This document shows positions 1 to 13,431 of a stretch of DNA of 64,000 bases, one piece after another. Each line of letters begins with the position of its first letter. Position 1 is the first letter of the stretch. Position numbers and translations under genes: made by a program. Below the pieces are notes generated by a model. It was not told where the DNA came from. It did no database searches and saw only the letters and a list, made by a program, of their open reading frames with translations. Source of the DNA: Utricularia gibba (lineage: Eukaryota; Plantae; Magnoliophyta); the NCBI GenBank assembly GCA_002189035.1, contig NEEC01000017.1, forward strand, positions 558,001 to 622,000, written 5' to 3'.

Positions 1-3000
1 TACCTATGTTGGGAGAGGAACATCCCATCTCAAGACCGAGTGAGCACGATGCCGAAAAAATAACTAGCTTCGCCAAGATCTTTTATAGTGAATTTCATGT
101 GCAAGGCTTTCTTCAAAGCAGTAATATCGGATAAGGAGGAACCCACTATCAAAATATAATCAACGTATACCAATAATGCCATGAAGCCATCAGAGTTCCA
201 TCGCACAAAGATGCAAGCATCAGAGTTAGCCTGCGTGAAATTGAGAGTGCACAGGAACGTAGTGATCTCAACATTCCATTGGCGTGATGCCTGCTTAAGC
301 CCATATAAGGATTTTTTCAAGAGGCAAGCATCCCCTGGCTTGCGAGGAAGATCATCATGAGGTGTCATATAGACTTCCTCATCTAGTCTTCCATGGAGAA
401 ACGCATTATTCACATCGATTTGATGGAGAAGCCAGCCGTGCTTAGCGGTTAGGGCCAGTAAAATTCAAATGGTTGTTGCCTTGGGTACGGGTGCGAAGCT
501 GTCATGGAAATCCACACCTTCGACCTGTGTATACCCCTTAGCCACCAGATGAGCCTTATATCATTCTATCTGTCCATTCGGTAGGCTTTTGATCTTATAT
601 ACCCACTTGCACCCAATGGCACGTTTGTCTGCAGGAAGAGGGACAATATCCCAAGTGTGATTCTGGTCTAATGCTCGAAGTTCCTGCTGCATGGCATCGC
701 ACCAACAGGGATGGCGACGAGCCTCTTGGTAATTTCGTGGCTCTATCAAGATAGGAGGGTCATTGGGTTGAGACACGCCCACCTGATAAGTATAATAATC
801 TTTCATCTTGGTGGGTGGAAGACGGAGGCGGTCACTGCGGCGCAATTTAGCAATCTCAGAGGGCTGAATGTTGCTGTCCACCGGTGGAGCATTGTCCCCC
901 ATGGGGTCTACAATGACAGCTAGACGTGCCAATACTTCAGACCTTACATCGTGGAGGATGCTCTGAAAAGTTGGGCATATCACCGTCACAATCCATAACA
1001 TCAGATGATGACACCTCAACAGACACACTAGAAGGGACTCCAGATCCCCTGGTGTCAAGTTCATCCTCATCATTAATAACGTCTGCTTCTGGGAAAATTA
1101 GTGGCAACAGGACATCCAGAGAGTCTAGATCAACGAAGCCCTTGAGAGGATATACATTTTCAAAGAACTTGACATCCCGTGAGATGAAGATTTCTTTAGT
1201 GCACAAGTCATATAACTTGTACCCTTTGTGATCTATAGGGTACCCCAGGAACATACACTTGCGTGCTCGAGCTGCTAGTTTATCATTTTCAGCACTAAGG
1301 TTGACTGCGTATGCTAAGTAACCAAAGATACGCATGTGGTCATATTCTGGTGGTTTATTCATCAAAACTTCAAATGGAGTTCGCCAATTTAGCACCAAAG
1401 ATGGAAGCCTGTTTATGATATAAGTGGCGGTAAGAACCGCTTCACCCAAAAGATATTAGGGAGTCTAGCTTGGAACATAAGGGCCCGTGTGACTTCTAGT
1501 ATATGCTTGTGCTTCCGCTCTACTCGTGCATTCTGTTAGGGGCATTTTGTGCAAGAAAATTGATGGTGTATGCCTTTCTTAGCATATAGGTCACGAAACT
1601 GGTGACTCAAAAATTCGCCTCCTTTATTTGATCGGATATGTTTAGTAGTGTACCCAAACTAATTTTCAGCATACTTGAGGAAGGCTTCCAAATAAGCATC
1701 GACTCCTGACTTAACATTTAGCAAGTAGATCCATGTGGCTCTAGAGAAATCATCCGCAATTGTAAGAAAGTACCGAGTGTCTGTGATCGTTGCACATTTA
1801 TAGGGACCCCATAGATCATAATGCAAGAGATAATGGGAATGAGGAGCCCATGAGGTACTTATCGGTAGTGGAACCTTATGGAACTTGGCGAAATGGCAAA
1901 AATCGCAAGGAGTTCCGTTTAGACCACAAGAAAAATTCATATGTTTGGACTTGGAATCAGAAAAGTGCCTCAATCGACAATGCCAAAGCAATGAATCGTT
2001 CATGTTCTGAGTATCAGCAAAGAAGGATAATGCAGGGATCAAGTTATTCACCAAGTTGCTTTGCAGCGTACTTGAGTGGGCTTGTAAAGCTGCAAAGCTG
2101 CCAACCAGGTTTGAGAAGAAAGAGCGCCTATTAGTCACGTATAGGCCGTCCTGGACTCGTCCAACCGTCAATATCTTATGTGTGTCCCGGTCCTGCAATA
2201 GACAATGTTGGCTAGAGAAAATAACATTGATACCAGTGTCATCAGCTAATCTCTTGATAGAGATCAGATTATACTTGAAGTATGATACTAATAGAGTGTT
2301 TTTCAGCTGCAAAGTGTCAGTCAAGATAATGTTTCCAACCCCCTGGACAAGGACAACACACCCATTTGGCAAATTAACTTGCATCTGTACCACTGGTTTA
2401 AGCGAACTAAAGCATGATTTTGAGTATCCAATGTGCGTCGTCACTTTTGAGTCTATGATCCATTCCCAAGAGTGACATGTAATATCATTGCGGGTATCAC
2501 TCTATAGACAAAAATCTGCAAGCGCCATACCTGAGAAGGAAAAATTAGCCACTTACTGTCCGGTTGCTGGGTTTTGCTGTTGTTGACCACCTCCTTGGAA
2601 AAGCTTTCCTAGCTCTCGTTGAATTAATTGTATGGAGTCAAGATATGCCCCAGAGGTGTCGCTGTCACAGATGAAGACAGATTTTCATCTAGTGATGTTT
2701 CCACGCAATGAGCTGCTAGCTTATAGGACTCATAGTTCATGCCTTGTTTGGGAACTAAATTCCAAGAGTTCTGTGTGGCATCCTTTTGGGACTATTGACC
2801 AGATCTGCTTCCTTTCTTTCGCCACCATGGTGGTGGTTCTCTGATAGTAAAGCAGGTATCTTGCATGTGACCGGCTTTCTTAGAAATCGCACAGTAACAG
2901 TTATCCCTTTTTTGCCCTGACTTAAGGTTCATGTTGCTGTATGGCTGCGATGTTGAATTGTTGAACATAGCAGAGTTAGAGTGAATGTTCACGCCTTCTA

Positions 3001-3763
3001 ACCGCTGCTTGGCCATCCACTATTCAACATTTAGTAGTGCTGCATAAGCCTTCGAAACTAGCATAGAATCATCCATAGCAAGCAGTTGATTACGCGTCAC
3101 CTCATATTGATCATCAAGGCCAAATAGGAACTGGCTAAGCTTTGTTGCTGCGAAGAGTTTATCAATGCACACTGGCGTATGGCATTGGGTGCAGCAGACA
3201 TCTGGGAGAAGCACGTCCAAATCCTTCCATAGGCCACTCAATTTAGTGTAGTAATGAGCAATGCTCATATCCCCCTGCCTTAAGTTGTACAGGTCAAACT
3301 ACACTTGATAGAGCATAATGTTGTTAAGTTGACCATAGTGCACTTCAAGAGTTCGCCATAGCTCGCACATCCAGTGAAACTTGTTACAAGATCCTTAGAA
3401 AAAGAATTTAGTAGCCAGGACATTACCATGAAATCATTTGATTTCATAGCCACAGTTGTATGAAGGATCATTGGGAGGAGGTTTGAGGATATCTCCATAG
3501 ATCATTCCTAATTTGTTCTTGGCACCTAAAGCCAACCGTACACCACGACACCAATCGAAGTAATTCTGTGTTGTCAACAGATCGCTTACTAGTGAGGTGT
3601 TCGGGTGATTTGATCTGCTCAAATGCAGGGGATCGGCTCTGTCCATCTCAGAACCTGCAGTGAGAGGTCTGAACAGCGACGTATTGTCGTGATCCTGCGC
3701 AATCGGAAGCTGCTGGTAATGAATCAGTGGGAATTGCGGTTATGCTCCATGCTCACCGTACCA
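1..3763 (-). mobile_element. Ty1/copia retrotransposon internal region (degenerate gag-pol; runs off the left window edge)
   Basis: Minus-strand ORF pieces in copia order: gag N-terminus DPLHLSRSNHPNTSLVSDLLTTQNYFDWCRGVRLALGAKNKLG (3434-3646), decayed Zn knuckle CAISKKAGHMQDTC (~2860-2900), protease WIIDSKVTTHI (~2430-2465), GAG-pre-integrase LWHCRL, integrase YDLWGPY/DDFSRATWIYL, RT AIGCKWVYKIK and LLKKSLYGLKQASRQW/LLVYVDYIL. Several stops and frameshifts. Confidence 0.95.
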
Positions 3764-4038
3764 TGAACAAGATCTAGATCCCATAATTGAGGAATTGAAG
3801 TGGGAGAGCAGATATCCTAAGCGGAAGAATGCTTAGTTTTTCTTATTGAAGCTGAAGGTATGTACAGGGTTTTATACTGAAAGTATAGGCACGCGATCTG
3901 TACTCGTAAAACCGTCAAAACAAACTCTGTGTCAGAGCACGCCTGCTCTTGCATCCGCGGGAGTGCGCATCCCATGGTACTCAAGACGTTGCAAGTGGTC
4001 CTGCGGGGCATTTCCAGCATATTTCTTCTTAAGTAACA
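3764..4038 (-). repeat. Probable 5' LTR (275 bp) of the copia element at 1-3763
   Basis: On the minus strand it starts TGTTACTT and ends TTGTTCA, contains GTATAAAACCC, and is followed directly by PBS-like TGGTACGGTGAGC (3751-3763). The partner LTR is outside the window, so the boundaries are unconfirmed. Confidence 0.6.
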
Positions 4039-4058
4039 TACCTACCTACCTTGAGATG

Positions 4059-4942
4059 GAGTGGGAAGGCATTGAGGTCCAAATCGCGAAATAGGGAGGA
4101 GAGGCGATGCAGGACACGCAAAATAGGGACATGGGTCTGTAGCACAACGAATAATTTGGGTGGAGTTGCAGGATGGTGGAACATGCCGCCGTGAAAGTGA
4201 GATCAAAGTCGGGAAGAGAAGCGGATTATCGGTACATGAAGACATTTACATGAATGAAATCAATGAAGTGGGTCGTTTCTTGGGCGGAGGATGGATCTTC
4301 AGATCAGGAGATCGACATCTTTTCCACTGACGTCACACATCTACCTCGCCCACAGAAGTGCATTATTGAGGCTTGGTGCTTTTGGACAGACGTTAGGGAA
4401 GGATGGTTATGGAGGATGCTTCTTCACTTGTGGGTAGTCTGTCAGCAGCTGTATCCCATAGTCAAAGATACCAGAAACACGGCGGAGGATTTGCAGAATC
4501 ACAAGCATGCTGTTGTGATTTTAAAGCATCGGCGGCACCCCATCTCTTAAATGCTGGAAGATACAGATTCCCCTCCGTGTCTTCTCTCCTGGAAACCATT
4601 ACATGCTTATCATAGTAGTAAAGTAATTCTTAAAAATATAAAAAGCAATCAAAATTAATTTTATAAAAATATACTATTACATGCTTATCATAGTAGTAAA
4701 GTAATTCTTAAAAATTAATTCTTGTAGATTAGAATTTGATATAAGTTTTAAATACATAATCAATTCTATTGAGAATTTGAATGATTTCTAAACCTTGCTT
4801 ATACCGACAGTTTGCGATAGAGTGGGAAGGCATGAAGGTCCAAATCGCGAAACAAGGAGAAGAGACAATGCAGGACACGCAAAATAGGGATATGGGTCTG
4901 TAGCACAACGAACAATTTGGGTGGAGTTGCAGGATGGTGGAA
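4059..4942. repeat. Dispersed imperfect direct repeat of about 123 bp (4059-4181 and 4820-4942)
   Basis: GAGTGGGAAGGC...GGATGGTGGAA occurs twice with scattered mismatches; the downstream motif GTGAGATCAAA reappears near 5088 after extra sequence. Origin not identified. Confidence 0.75.
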
Positions 4943-5481
4943 AATGGTATTTTATGAATTTACTCATTTCACGTCTATCTCTCATATAGTAAATTTATTT
5001 TTTTTCAGATGGAGGAGACACTTTTTTCATACAATTAGATGATAGTGGTTATTTTTCAAAATCACTCGTTAAAAATATCACCCTAAGGTGAGATCAAACT
5101 TGGGAAAAGAATGAAATATTAGCATAAAGATAAATATTTTTTTGAAAATGTTTTTTATACACATGATTCCAAATACGAAATAATTATATTTGAGGAATTT
5201 ATTTCACGTAATTATTGGATTTTGAATTAATATATAATATATAACATTTAATTACATAATTGTTGTATTATTCTTTAGATTAGTGATTAATCGAAAGATT
5301 ACAAATTCAACTTTTATTTTCATAATACATATAAAAATTCAATAATACAAATTAGATATCTTATAATATTTAGAACAATATTTTGATGTTAAACACAGAA
5401 AACAATAAAATTATAATTAATTTCAAAAATACTCATTCAAAAAAAATGAGTTATTCTATAAAATAATTAACCCGTGGCCCC

Positions 5482-5679
5482 TTAAATGGGAACCGGGGCT
5501 CCTGAGGACCCCGCCGCTCTCTTCTCCGCGTTGCCCAACCAATCCTTGGCACACACCAGCGCTTCCACCGTCTCCGGCCGCAACGAGCACCGGTAGCCAT
5601 CCATTTCCTTGGGCACCGTGTCGAAAACAGATTCGGGAGGGACCGTGCAAACCGGGATGGACAGGATGTCCAGAGCCAT
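5482..5679 (-). pseudogene. hAT transposase C-terminal dimerisation-domain fragment
   Basis: MALDILSIPVCTVPPESVFDTVPKEMDGYRCSLRPETVEALVCAKDW resembles the hAT dimerisation motif (ILSIP.STV.SES.FS...YRSSL.PETVEAL.C..DW). It is a GC-rich island in AT-rich flanks; the flank at 5704-5770 resembles the interior of the hAT MITE at 22645-22710. Confidence 0.85.
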
Positions 5680-6640
5680 CTTGCATGTGACCGGCTTTCT
5701 CTGATATATGTATTATAATTATAATTATATTTAATTTTGAATAATTTAAATTCATTATATATATATTATTTAAAAACATGGACTATCATTAAGCAATGAA
5801 TGCTCTATTTTTTCCATAGAGATATAATATTTAATTCTTGTTTGAAGATTATTGTCCACATTTCTCTATCCTACTCAATAAAGTCCTTATTGTACTTTCC
5901 CATTTCATAAATAATTACACTTCTATGCCTCTATTTTCTCAACACACCTACTTAGCCTTTATTTAATGATAATAAATAATGAAAATCATTATAGCGTGAA
6001 AAAAACATCCTAAATTTTAGGTTTTTCCACTAACTCCTATCTTTTTATCTTTTCTATTAATCTTTCATATGTGGCACAAATTGTGATTAATTGCTAGAAT
6101 AAAATTCATATCATTTTTTGGACAAAAATAACTTCCTTATTTAAGGATTAGGTCTTAATGGACACAAATGTAAAATTAGATGCAAATTTTGGTTATTTAT
6201 AGTGAATTTAAAAATGCTACGTGCATTTCCAAATCAACATCTCAAAGGTGTGTTTGGTTGCAAATTGATGAGAAGGGATAGGGTAAATCTTGGTAAAAAG
6301 AGATATATTGAAGTAAAAATTATTTAAATCAATATATGAATGTTTCATAAAAATGTGAAAATGATGATTTTTTCATTATATTTTCGAGAAAATGATGAAA
6401 TCATCAAATTTTATTTCTATAATAATTTAAATTAGTACAATTATCTTCTTTTAAACATATGTTAGAGGATAATATCCTTTGGATGTGCCATTAATGACGT
6501 CATAAATCTTACTGTTGGAGGTAAGAATGAATCATAGGTACCTTTATTTTATAACAAACCGATAACGCCAAGAATTGTTATGATAACTTATTGCAAGCTA
6601 TGAAACAGTGAAAAATCCCTTGACTTGTCACCCGTGAGAC

Positions 6641-7625
6641 CTACCATCCGCCACCAGCAGCGCCGCCACCTGCGCCAAATCCTCCGCCGATGCCGTGTCC
6701 ATGACCACCGCCTCCACCACCGCCGCCTCCTCCGGCAACGATCCCACCTCCAAGATTTCCAGCGCCACCGAATCCGCCACCTGCCCCAAAGCCACCTCCG
6801 ATACCACCTCCAATTGCTCCTCCGCCGCCGCCACCTCCGGCAGCAACGATCCCACCGTGTCCAACAGACACACCGACGCCGCCACCTTTACCAAAACCAG
6901 CTCCATGGCCACCGATCGCGCCACCACCTCCGGCGCCACCTCCGGCAACGATGCTGCCGCCACCATGTCCATGACTTCCGGCGACTCCAAAGCCACCACC
7001 TTTCCCAATTCCTGCTCCATGGCCACCAATCGCGCCTCCTCCACCAGCACCACCCCGGCGGCGATGCTCCCGCCACCATGGCCATGACTTCCCGAGACAC
7101 CAAATCCACCACCCTTTCCCAATCCTATTCCATGACCCAAAGCGGCACCTCCTCCGGCGCCACCACCTGCGGCAATGCTTCCGCCACCGAGTCCATGACT
7201 CCCAACCGCACCGAATCCACCACCTTTTCCCAATCCTATTCCATGACCAATCGCGCCACCTCCTCCAGCGCCACCGCCCGCAGTGATGCTTCCACCACCA
7301 TGTCCATGACTTCCGGCGGCACCAAAACCACCACCTTTCCCGAACCCACCGCCAAGAATTCCGCCGCCTAGCCTCCACCACCTCCACCCGCAATCCGCCC
7401 ACCACCGCCCTTGATAGGCCCATGATCAGCAGGTACGGAAAAATGGGGTTTAATCTTGGGCACTCCCGGTCTAACAAAGCGACCGCCTATCAGCGGTCCA
7501 TGGATAGGCTTCCGGCCAAAGAAGCCTTTGCCGTATTCACGGCCGTCGTGAACATCTAGAGAAGATGCTGCAATCAAGTTTACAGCCAAGAGAAACAGCA
7601 CCAGAAGCTTCCTTGAAGAACCCAT
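6641..7625 (-). CDS. G1: secreted His/Lys-containing glycine-rich protein (about 328 aa after restoring two 1-bp deletions)
   Basis: Signal peptide MGSSRKLLVLFLLAVNLIAASS from ATG 7625; repeats of GKGGGFGVAGSHGHGGGSIVAGGG; frame breaks at ~7370 and ~7053; stop TAG 6641-6643; TATA-like CTATATA near 7693-7699. Confidence 0.75.
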
Positions 7626-8742
7626 TCTTCTTTCCGTATTGCCCACTTGCAGTTTGCAATCTGCATGGAAGTTTGATCCAAGGAAGCCATGAATATATAG
7701 CGATGCCAATGATGCACCGAGCTAGAGCATTAAAGCATCAACGTGTTGTCATCAAGGGCGGATGGGGCACCAAGTTGCCATAAATGATCTCTCTTGCGGC
7801 TACTAAAACCAGCTACTTCCCATCATTGAGATTGTTTTTAGTGGCATTTAAAACCCCCCACACCATATTCTATATCATTTACTGTCTTCATCTCGAGGTC
7901 AAACTTGGAACATTAATCTGTACTCCATCCCTCAAACTGGGAATAACTCAATAAATCCATCATACTTTTGGTATCACTAATCATGTTCTACTATATGATA
8001 TTGTCAATATCTGATTCTTACAATTTTGGCATTATTTCTTTTTAGAGTAAAATTACTCACTGAAGATTTGAATAGTACTTTTATTTAACCACGTTATCTC
8101 CATTCTTAATTAATGTGGTATATTGTCAAAGTTGGGGGTGTTCTAATCTAACAATGGCTTATGTTTGAGAGTCATGTTTTATTTGATGATATTGCCATTT
8201 GAATAAAATGATCATAATATTTCGTAATTCGTGTACGACTTTATATTGCTGGTTCACATATACTGCGTTAGATTTATTACTATTGGTGCTTAGATTTTTA
8301 TTTTGTAAAATTAGGGCCCTTTTTATTTGATGGATTGCCAATACGTGATGTTAATTAAATGGAATTGCTAGTAGAACATTCGACATCGGTATATTTATTT
8401 TTGGGTAATAAAGTATTTGTAGGAAGCTGTTGTCTGTTTCTAAATTCACACAATAAGTAATGATAAGTGTGATATTATTGGATGCTGCTAAGTCCATTAT
8501 TAGTATGTCACGTGCTATATTATTCGCCACGTGATTAGCAATTAAAGAAAACGCCCCTAATCGCCGCAATAATTATTCTTGCTATTAATTCCCACAATCC
8601 ACCGATGCCGACAGCGGGTTTCATGACAATGCGGTAAAAAAAATTCCGGCGAAAAATAAAAAAGAAATCTGCCTGGAATGTTTGAGATTTAAATTGATTA
8701 GAATTGATTATTGGGTTTGGGATTTTTTGCATCGTGGCATAT

Positions 8743-11400
8743 TGTTGGAATATGCGCTATATATTTATTTAAATATTAATTATGTAGTAATTTCAAATAA
8801 TATATTGGTATAAAAGTATGAATCATTGTAATAACGATTATTTTGTTTTCAAAGTTTTAAATATAGGGTGCTTTTTAAAATTTTCTCAAATCAGAAATTC
8901 TCATCTATCGAATCTTCAATTTTCAACTTTGTATCAGAGTCTTTTCTTGTTCCTCTTTGCCCATCCGTCCCCATCCCTGGGTTATTTCCCTCAAGTTGTC
9001 TTGATTTCTACCATCATGTAGAACCCTAGGGTTCCTCTTTGGAAAATTGACCCTGGGTAAATAGAAGTAGTGGATGGACTAGTTATTGCTAAAAAAATAT
9101 GGGTACATCAGTGACCATCAATTAGTTGAAGTAGATTATGGACATGATGGCAAAAATGCTTCAGATGCATATAGAAGAGATGAAAAACGCATCAGCAAAT
9201 CGGGCCATTGTTATGCATCAAGATGTGACACCAACGAGGGTGCAACTACTACCCTTGGAAGTAAAGCTTGAATTATATGCAATTACCTTAGCTCTCTTGC
9301 TAGGTTAGCCTAGGGCTTCATAAGAAAAACTTGGAGAAGTTTATTGATGGAGAAAATGGAGATGAACCACTTGATGAGAAAAGGGAAAGCCCCTTGGAAT
9401 GCAATCAATTCATCCATCACTATCATACTAGAATCCATCCCTTGAACAATCAATGTGTGGAAAACACTTGAAAGATGTATTATGGATCAAGTAATGTTAT
9501 TATGATGACTGAAGTGGAAGATAAAATTGATAGTTGCATATAAGGGGAACATTAAAAAAGGGAGTATGCCATTGCAATGAAGGGCATGTGGTCTTTATCT
9601 CGATCATTATGATCCACTTAAACTGGCCTACCCTGATGATATAGTTTTAGGCAAATCGTATATTGAACGAAGGAAAGTGATTAAATTCCTCAAGGAGTTG
9701 TATTCATACAGACAAGCATTCATTTATCATCTAAAAATGTTACTATCATTGTAATAAGTTATAGCAACATTGAAGCAAGAAGAAATTCGACATAAAGTCA
9801 TGATCAGTGGGAACTCTCCTCCAATGAGATTTGCTCTGATCATTCCAAAAAACCCTAAACCAAAAGAGAATGCTACAATTGTAGAAAGAAGAGATATTTG
9901 AGCTATGATTGTCCATTTCCTAATAATGCTACTAAATTCAAAGGAGGTAGAAGTATGGAGGTAGGAGATGTCAAAGTGCAAAAGTCTTAGTCAAACTCAT
10001 CTAGTCATTGAAGATATTCCTATAGGATACTCACATGCTGAAATGTTAAATGATTGGAAGAGTTGAGACAATTCAAAAAAAAAAAAAAAAATAGAATGAA
10101 TAAGCATAGAGTAAATATCACACATCTGAAAATCAAGAGATCTACAGAAGTTTTGTTGAATAGGCTAATACAGATTTGGGTAATAAAGAACAAACTTTCA
10201 GTTCAAATAGGTCTACTAAATATTTGATTGTAGATTCAAGTGTCTCAAGGCATGCGATTGGTGATCAATCAATATTTGACTCATATAACACTAACAAGAG
10301 TAAGCAGCAAAACTCAGAGCAAATGATTTATGAGATATCACAATCGCTTAATGTAAGTGGTGTAGTACATTGCACCCTTTTATTACTCTATCGACAATCT
10401 TATATGTGCATTAATTCTTTGTTAATTTGCTATCTGTTAGTGAGATAGTAGATGAACTAAATTGTGTTGTTATATTTGATCAAGATAAATGTTATTTCAA
10501 AGAAGAACATTGGAAGCATACTCGAGATTTGAATAAGACGTGATGATTTGTGGTTTCTAGACAAAGCAAGATTATGCTACAATACTATAGAGTAGGTCAC
10601 CTATCTTTTGTTAATATGACTCATTTGTATTTGAAGATGATATAAAAGGTAAATAAAAGCAAACTACTTAATGAGACATGCAAATCGAGTAAATATACAA
10701 GAACATATTATTCATATGTAGAAAATTTGAGTTGAAAACTTTTTTCATCTTGTACATTTAAGTGTTTGGGGGCCATATCCTATTATAGTTCATTATTTTT
10801 ATTGATTGTCATTCTTGAATGAAATGGGTTTATATGTTGAAAGAGAAGAATGAAAAGTTGAGAGGTTATCATGGATTAAGAGCCTTTATAAAGTCACAGT
10901 TTGGGACTAAGATTCAAATATTAAGAATTGATAACGGTATAGAATACTTGAATCAATACTTTGATAGTTATTTGTTTGGAGTAGGCTATATTCATCAAAT
11001 ATCATGTCAATAAACTTATCCTAAAAATGGTGTAACTGAATGCAAGAATATGCATCTTCTAGAGATTGTAAGGTCATGAATGATAAAAATGAATGTATCA
11101 AAATTCTTGTGTGTGAAAGTATTATGATAGGAACTTGATAAATAGGATACTATTTGGAGTATATAATAAAAAAAACTCCAACATAAATCTTGTTTGAAAC
11201 TAATACTGCTATAGTATTTCTATAAGTCTTTGGATGTGTATGCTTTATAAGAAATTATTAGCAATACTAAAATAATCTTAATCCTAGAATCCTGAGATAC
11301 ATCTTTATAGGATACTTCTCAAGGCCGAAAGACTATCGTTGCTACTCATCCATTGAAACAAAATTCTTCATAAGCATGGATGTCATATTATTTGAAAACA
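8743..11400 (+). mobile_element. Old Ty1/copia remnant with short 5' LTR (~8743-8927) and decayed PBS
   Basis: TGTTGGAA...TTTTCAAC termini, then TTGTATCAGAGT (decayed iMet PBS, 8929-8940); Zn knuckle ECYNCRKKRYLSYDC (~9866-9915); protease LIVDSSVSRHAIGDQSIF (~10205-10280); integrase VWGPYP, IQILRIDNGIEY, YIFIGY. No RT seen. Confidence 0.8.
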
Positions 11401-13431
11401 TGTATGTCAGACACCCTAGATCAGAAGTAATCTGAACTAATAGTTAGCAGTCCTACCGTACGAATTATTTATGAAATAATGGACAAATAAGATACATCCC
11501 TCGAAGGTGAAGTATTGAGGCCGTGATCAACAAAGTCATTATAGAATTGAACTTGATGAATGATAACACATATTTTTTTTAATATTTTTATAATATAAAA
11601 TTATCATGTTTTGTTATAATTTAGATCTTTTATGTGTGGCTTTTAATATTTTAATAATTTTTAGATTATTTACAATTTAATGTATAAAAATAGATTTCGT
11701 CCATGTTGTGATTACTAACATTTGGGTAAGTCTTCACAATAGATATTAGCAACAAATTGAATTTGAATTATATGCATCAAGTGAAGGTGGCATGTTCTGC
11801 AAGAGGGGATATAAAGGATTATCTTTATTGCCAACAATTAGTAGCTTCAAATCAGGAGTAATATGGAAGTCAAAAATAGTAAATGCTTTTAAAAATGAAA
11901 AGAGACAAAAAGACAGAAGATATTTTCAAGAGGAGATATTTTTTTTCAAACGTGAAGAGGAACTTCAACCAAAAGAAGTGAAGAAAGCAAGTTTGAGAAG
12001 AAGAACATCATTTATAGCACTTAATTGTAAAATCTAGTTTAGTCCTATTATTTTGAACACAGAACAAAAACTAATAGAGAATAAACTTAACTCTATTTTA
12101 TTATATATTTAAAATATTCAGTATTGTAGACTCTAGTTGTAACCATGATATTACTTTTTTTTTTAGTTTCAATATCTAAAGTTATGGTTTTAGCTTTCAA
12201 TGTGTGTGGTTAACTTGTAATAGATGCCATAAAATGTGATATGGTGGTGTGGGATTCAAATTTTCGCTTTGATCTACATTTTTACATGTTTGGTATCTGT
12301 TTTCGCATGCATTGGGAAGACTTAAGAGATAAAATAATTAGCAACATAAGTTACAAAATTGTGTTTTTATATTCCCTTCCAAAAAATAAAATGATTTTAT
12401 ATTATAATCCAAGACTCAAATTGTTCCAAAAAAATTAGAAATTTTGAAAAGCTTCAATTCCTTTTGAAGGACTCTATTCCATACTCTAAAAAATTTGAAT
12501 CACTTTTTTAAAGTTGGAACTATACCAGATAAAACTTTGGATATAAACAAAGGCCTGTATTTAAAGTTGAGACTAAACATATCATTTATAGGAACAATGT
12601 ACAACAATCAAGGTATTTTTATAAAATATGAAATTTTAGTGTTACATGACTATGGAGTTGGTGAGAAGTGACTGGATGCATAAGTTTAGATATTTTAAAA
12701 AATTCATTATTTAGTTTATATTTTATAATGAAATATGAATCCATCAATTTTTCTATTTGCATTATTAATGTTTCACACTAAAAAGAACATTATTCAAAAG
12801 ACATGACAATAAGTATAGATATTTTGATAATTTTATTAAAGAACATTATTCAAAAGATATGACAATAAGTATAGATATTTTGATAATTTTATTATAAATT
12901 CTATTACAAATAGTTTTCAAATAAATAATTAATTAATTTTAAATAAAACCTTATATCAAACTAATATTATTCTTAAAACATGGATTCAATCTAAAATTAA
13001 ATTTGATTCAATTATTTTAAAATTAAAGTGAAGAATAGGTTCAATTCTTTAATTTTATTTTTTAAAAATAATTTAAATTCGTTTTTTAAAAAAGGGATAC
13101 TACTCACATTTAATCCACAAATAAGTTAAAATATTTTATAAAGCGAGGTGTAAATGGAACACAACGTGCATTCAATGGATGGTGTTGGCGGCCCAATATG
13201 TCCGAAGCGTAAAAGCCCATAACGTGTGGCATGGCATTTTGAAGCAGTCCTTTGGACACGTAAAATTGTTGTAGAATGAAGTTGTGATGTGGGAAGCACG
13301 AAAACGTGGGTATTATTCTTTTTAGTAAAAAAAGCTTTTGGGTCACACCACACGTATAATATATGTTATAAACAGCTTGAAGCCAAGATTTGTTGGGTTG
13401 AGGCTCATCATGTAGGAGATGGCTTATGGAT

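Noticed and set aside
4254-4615. Two overlapping short ORFs in a moderately GC-rich patch
   Set aside because: No recognisable motif in the frames I read, and no TIR or TSD that would mark a captured fragment.
8490-8742. Possible MITE/MULE remnant (GCCACG...CGTGGC)
   Set aside because: The inverted match is short and imperfect and no TSD was found.
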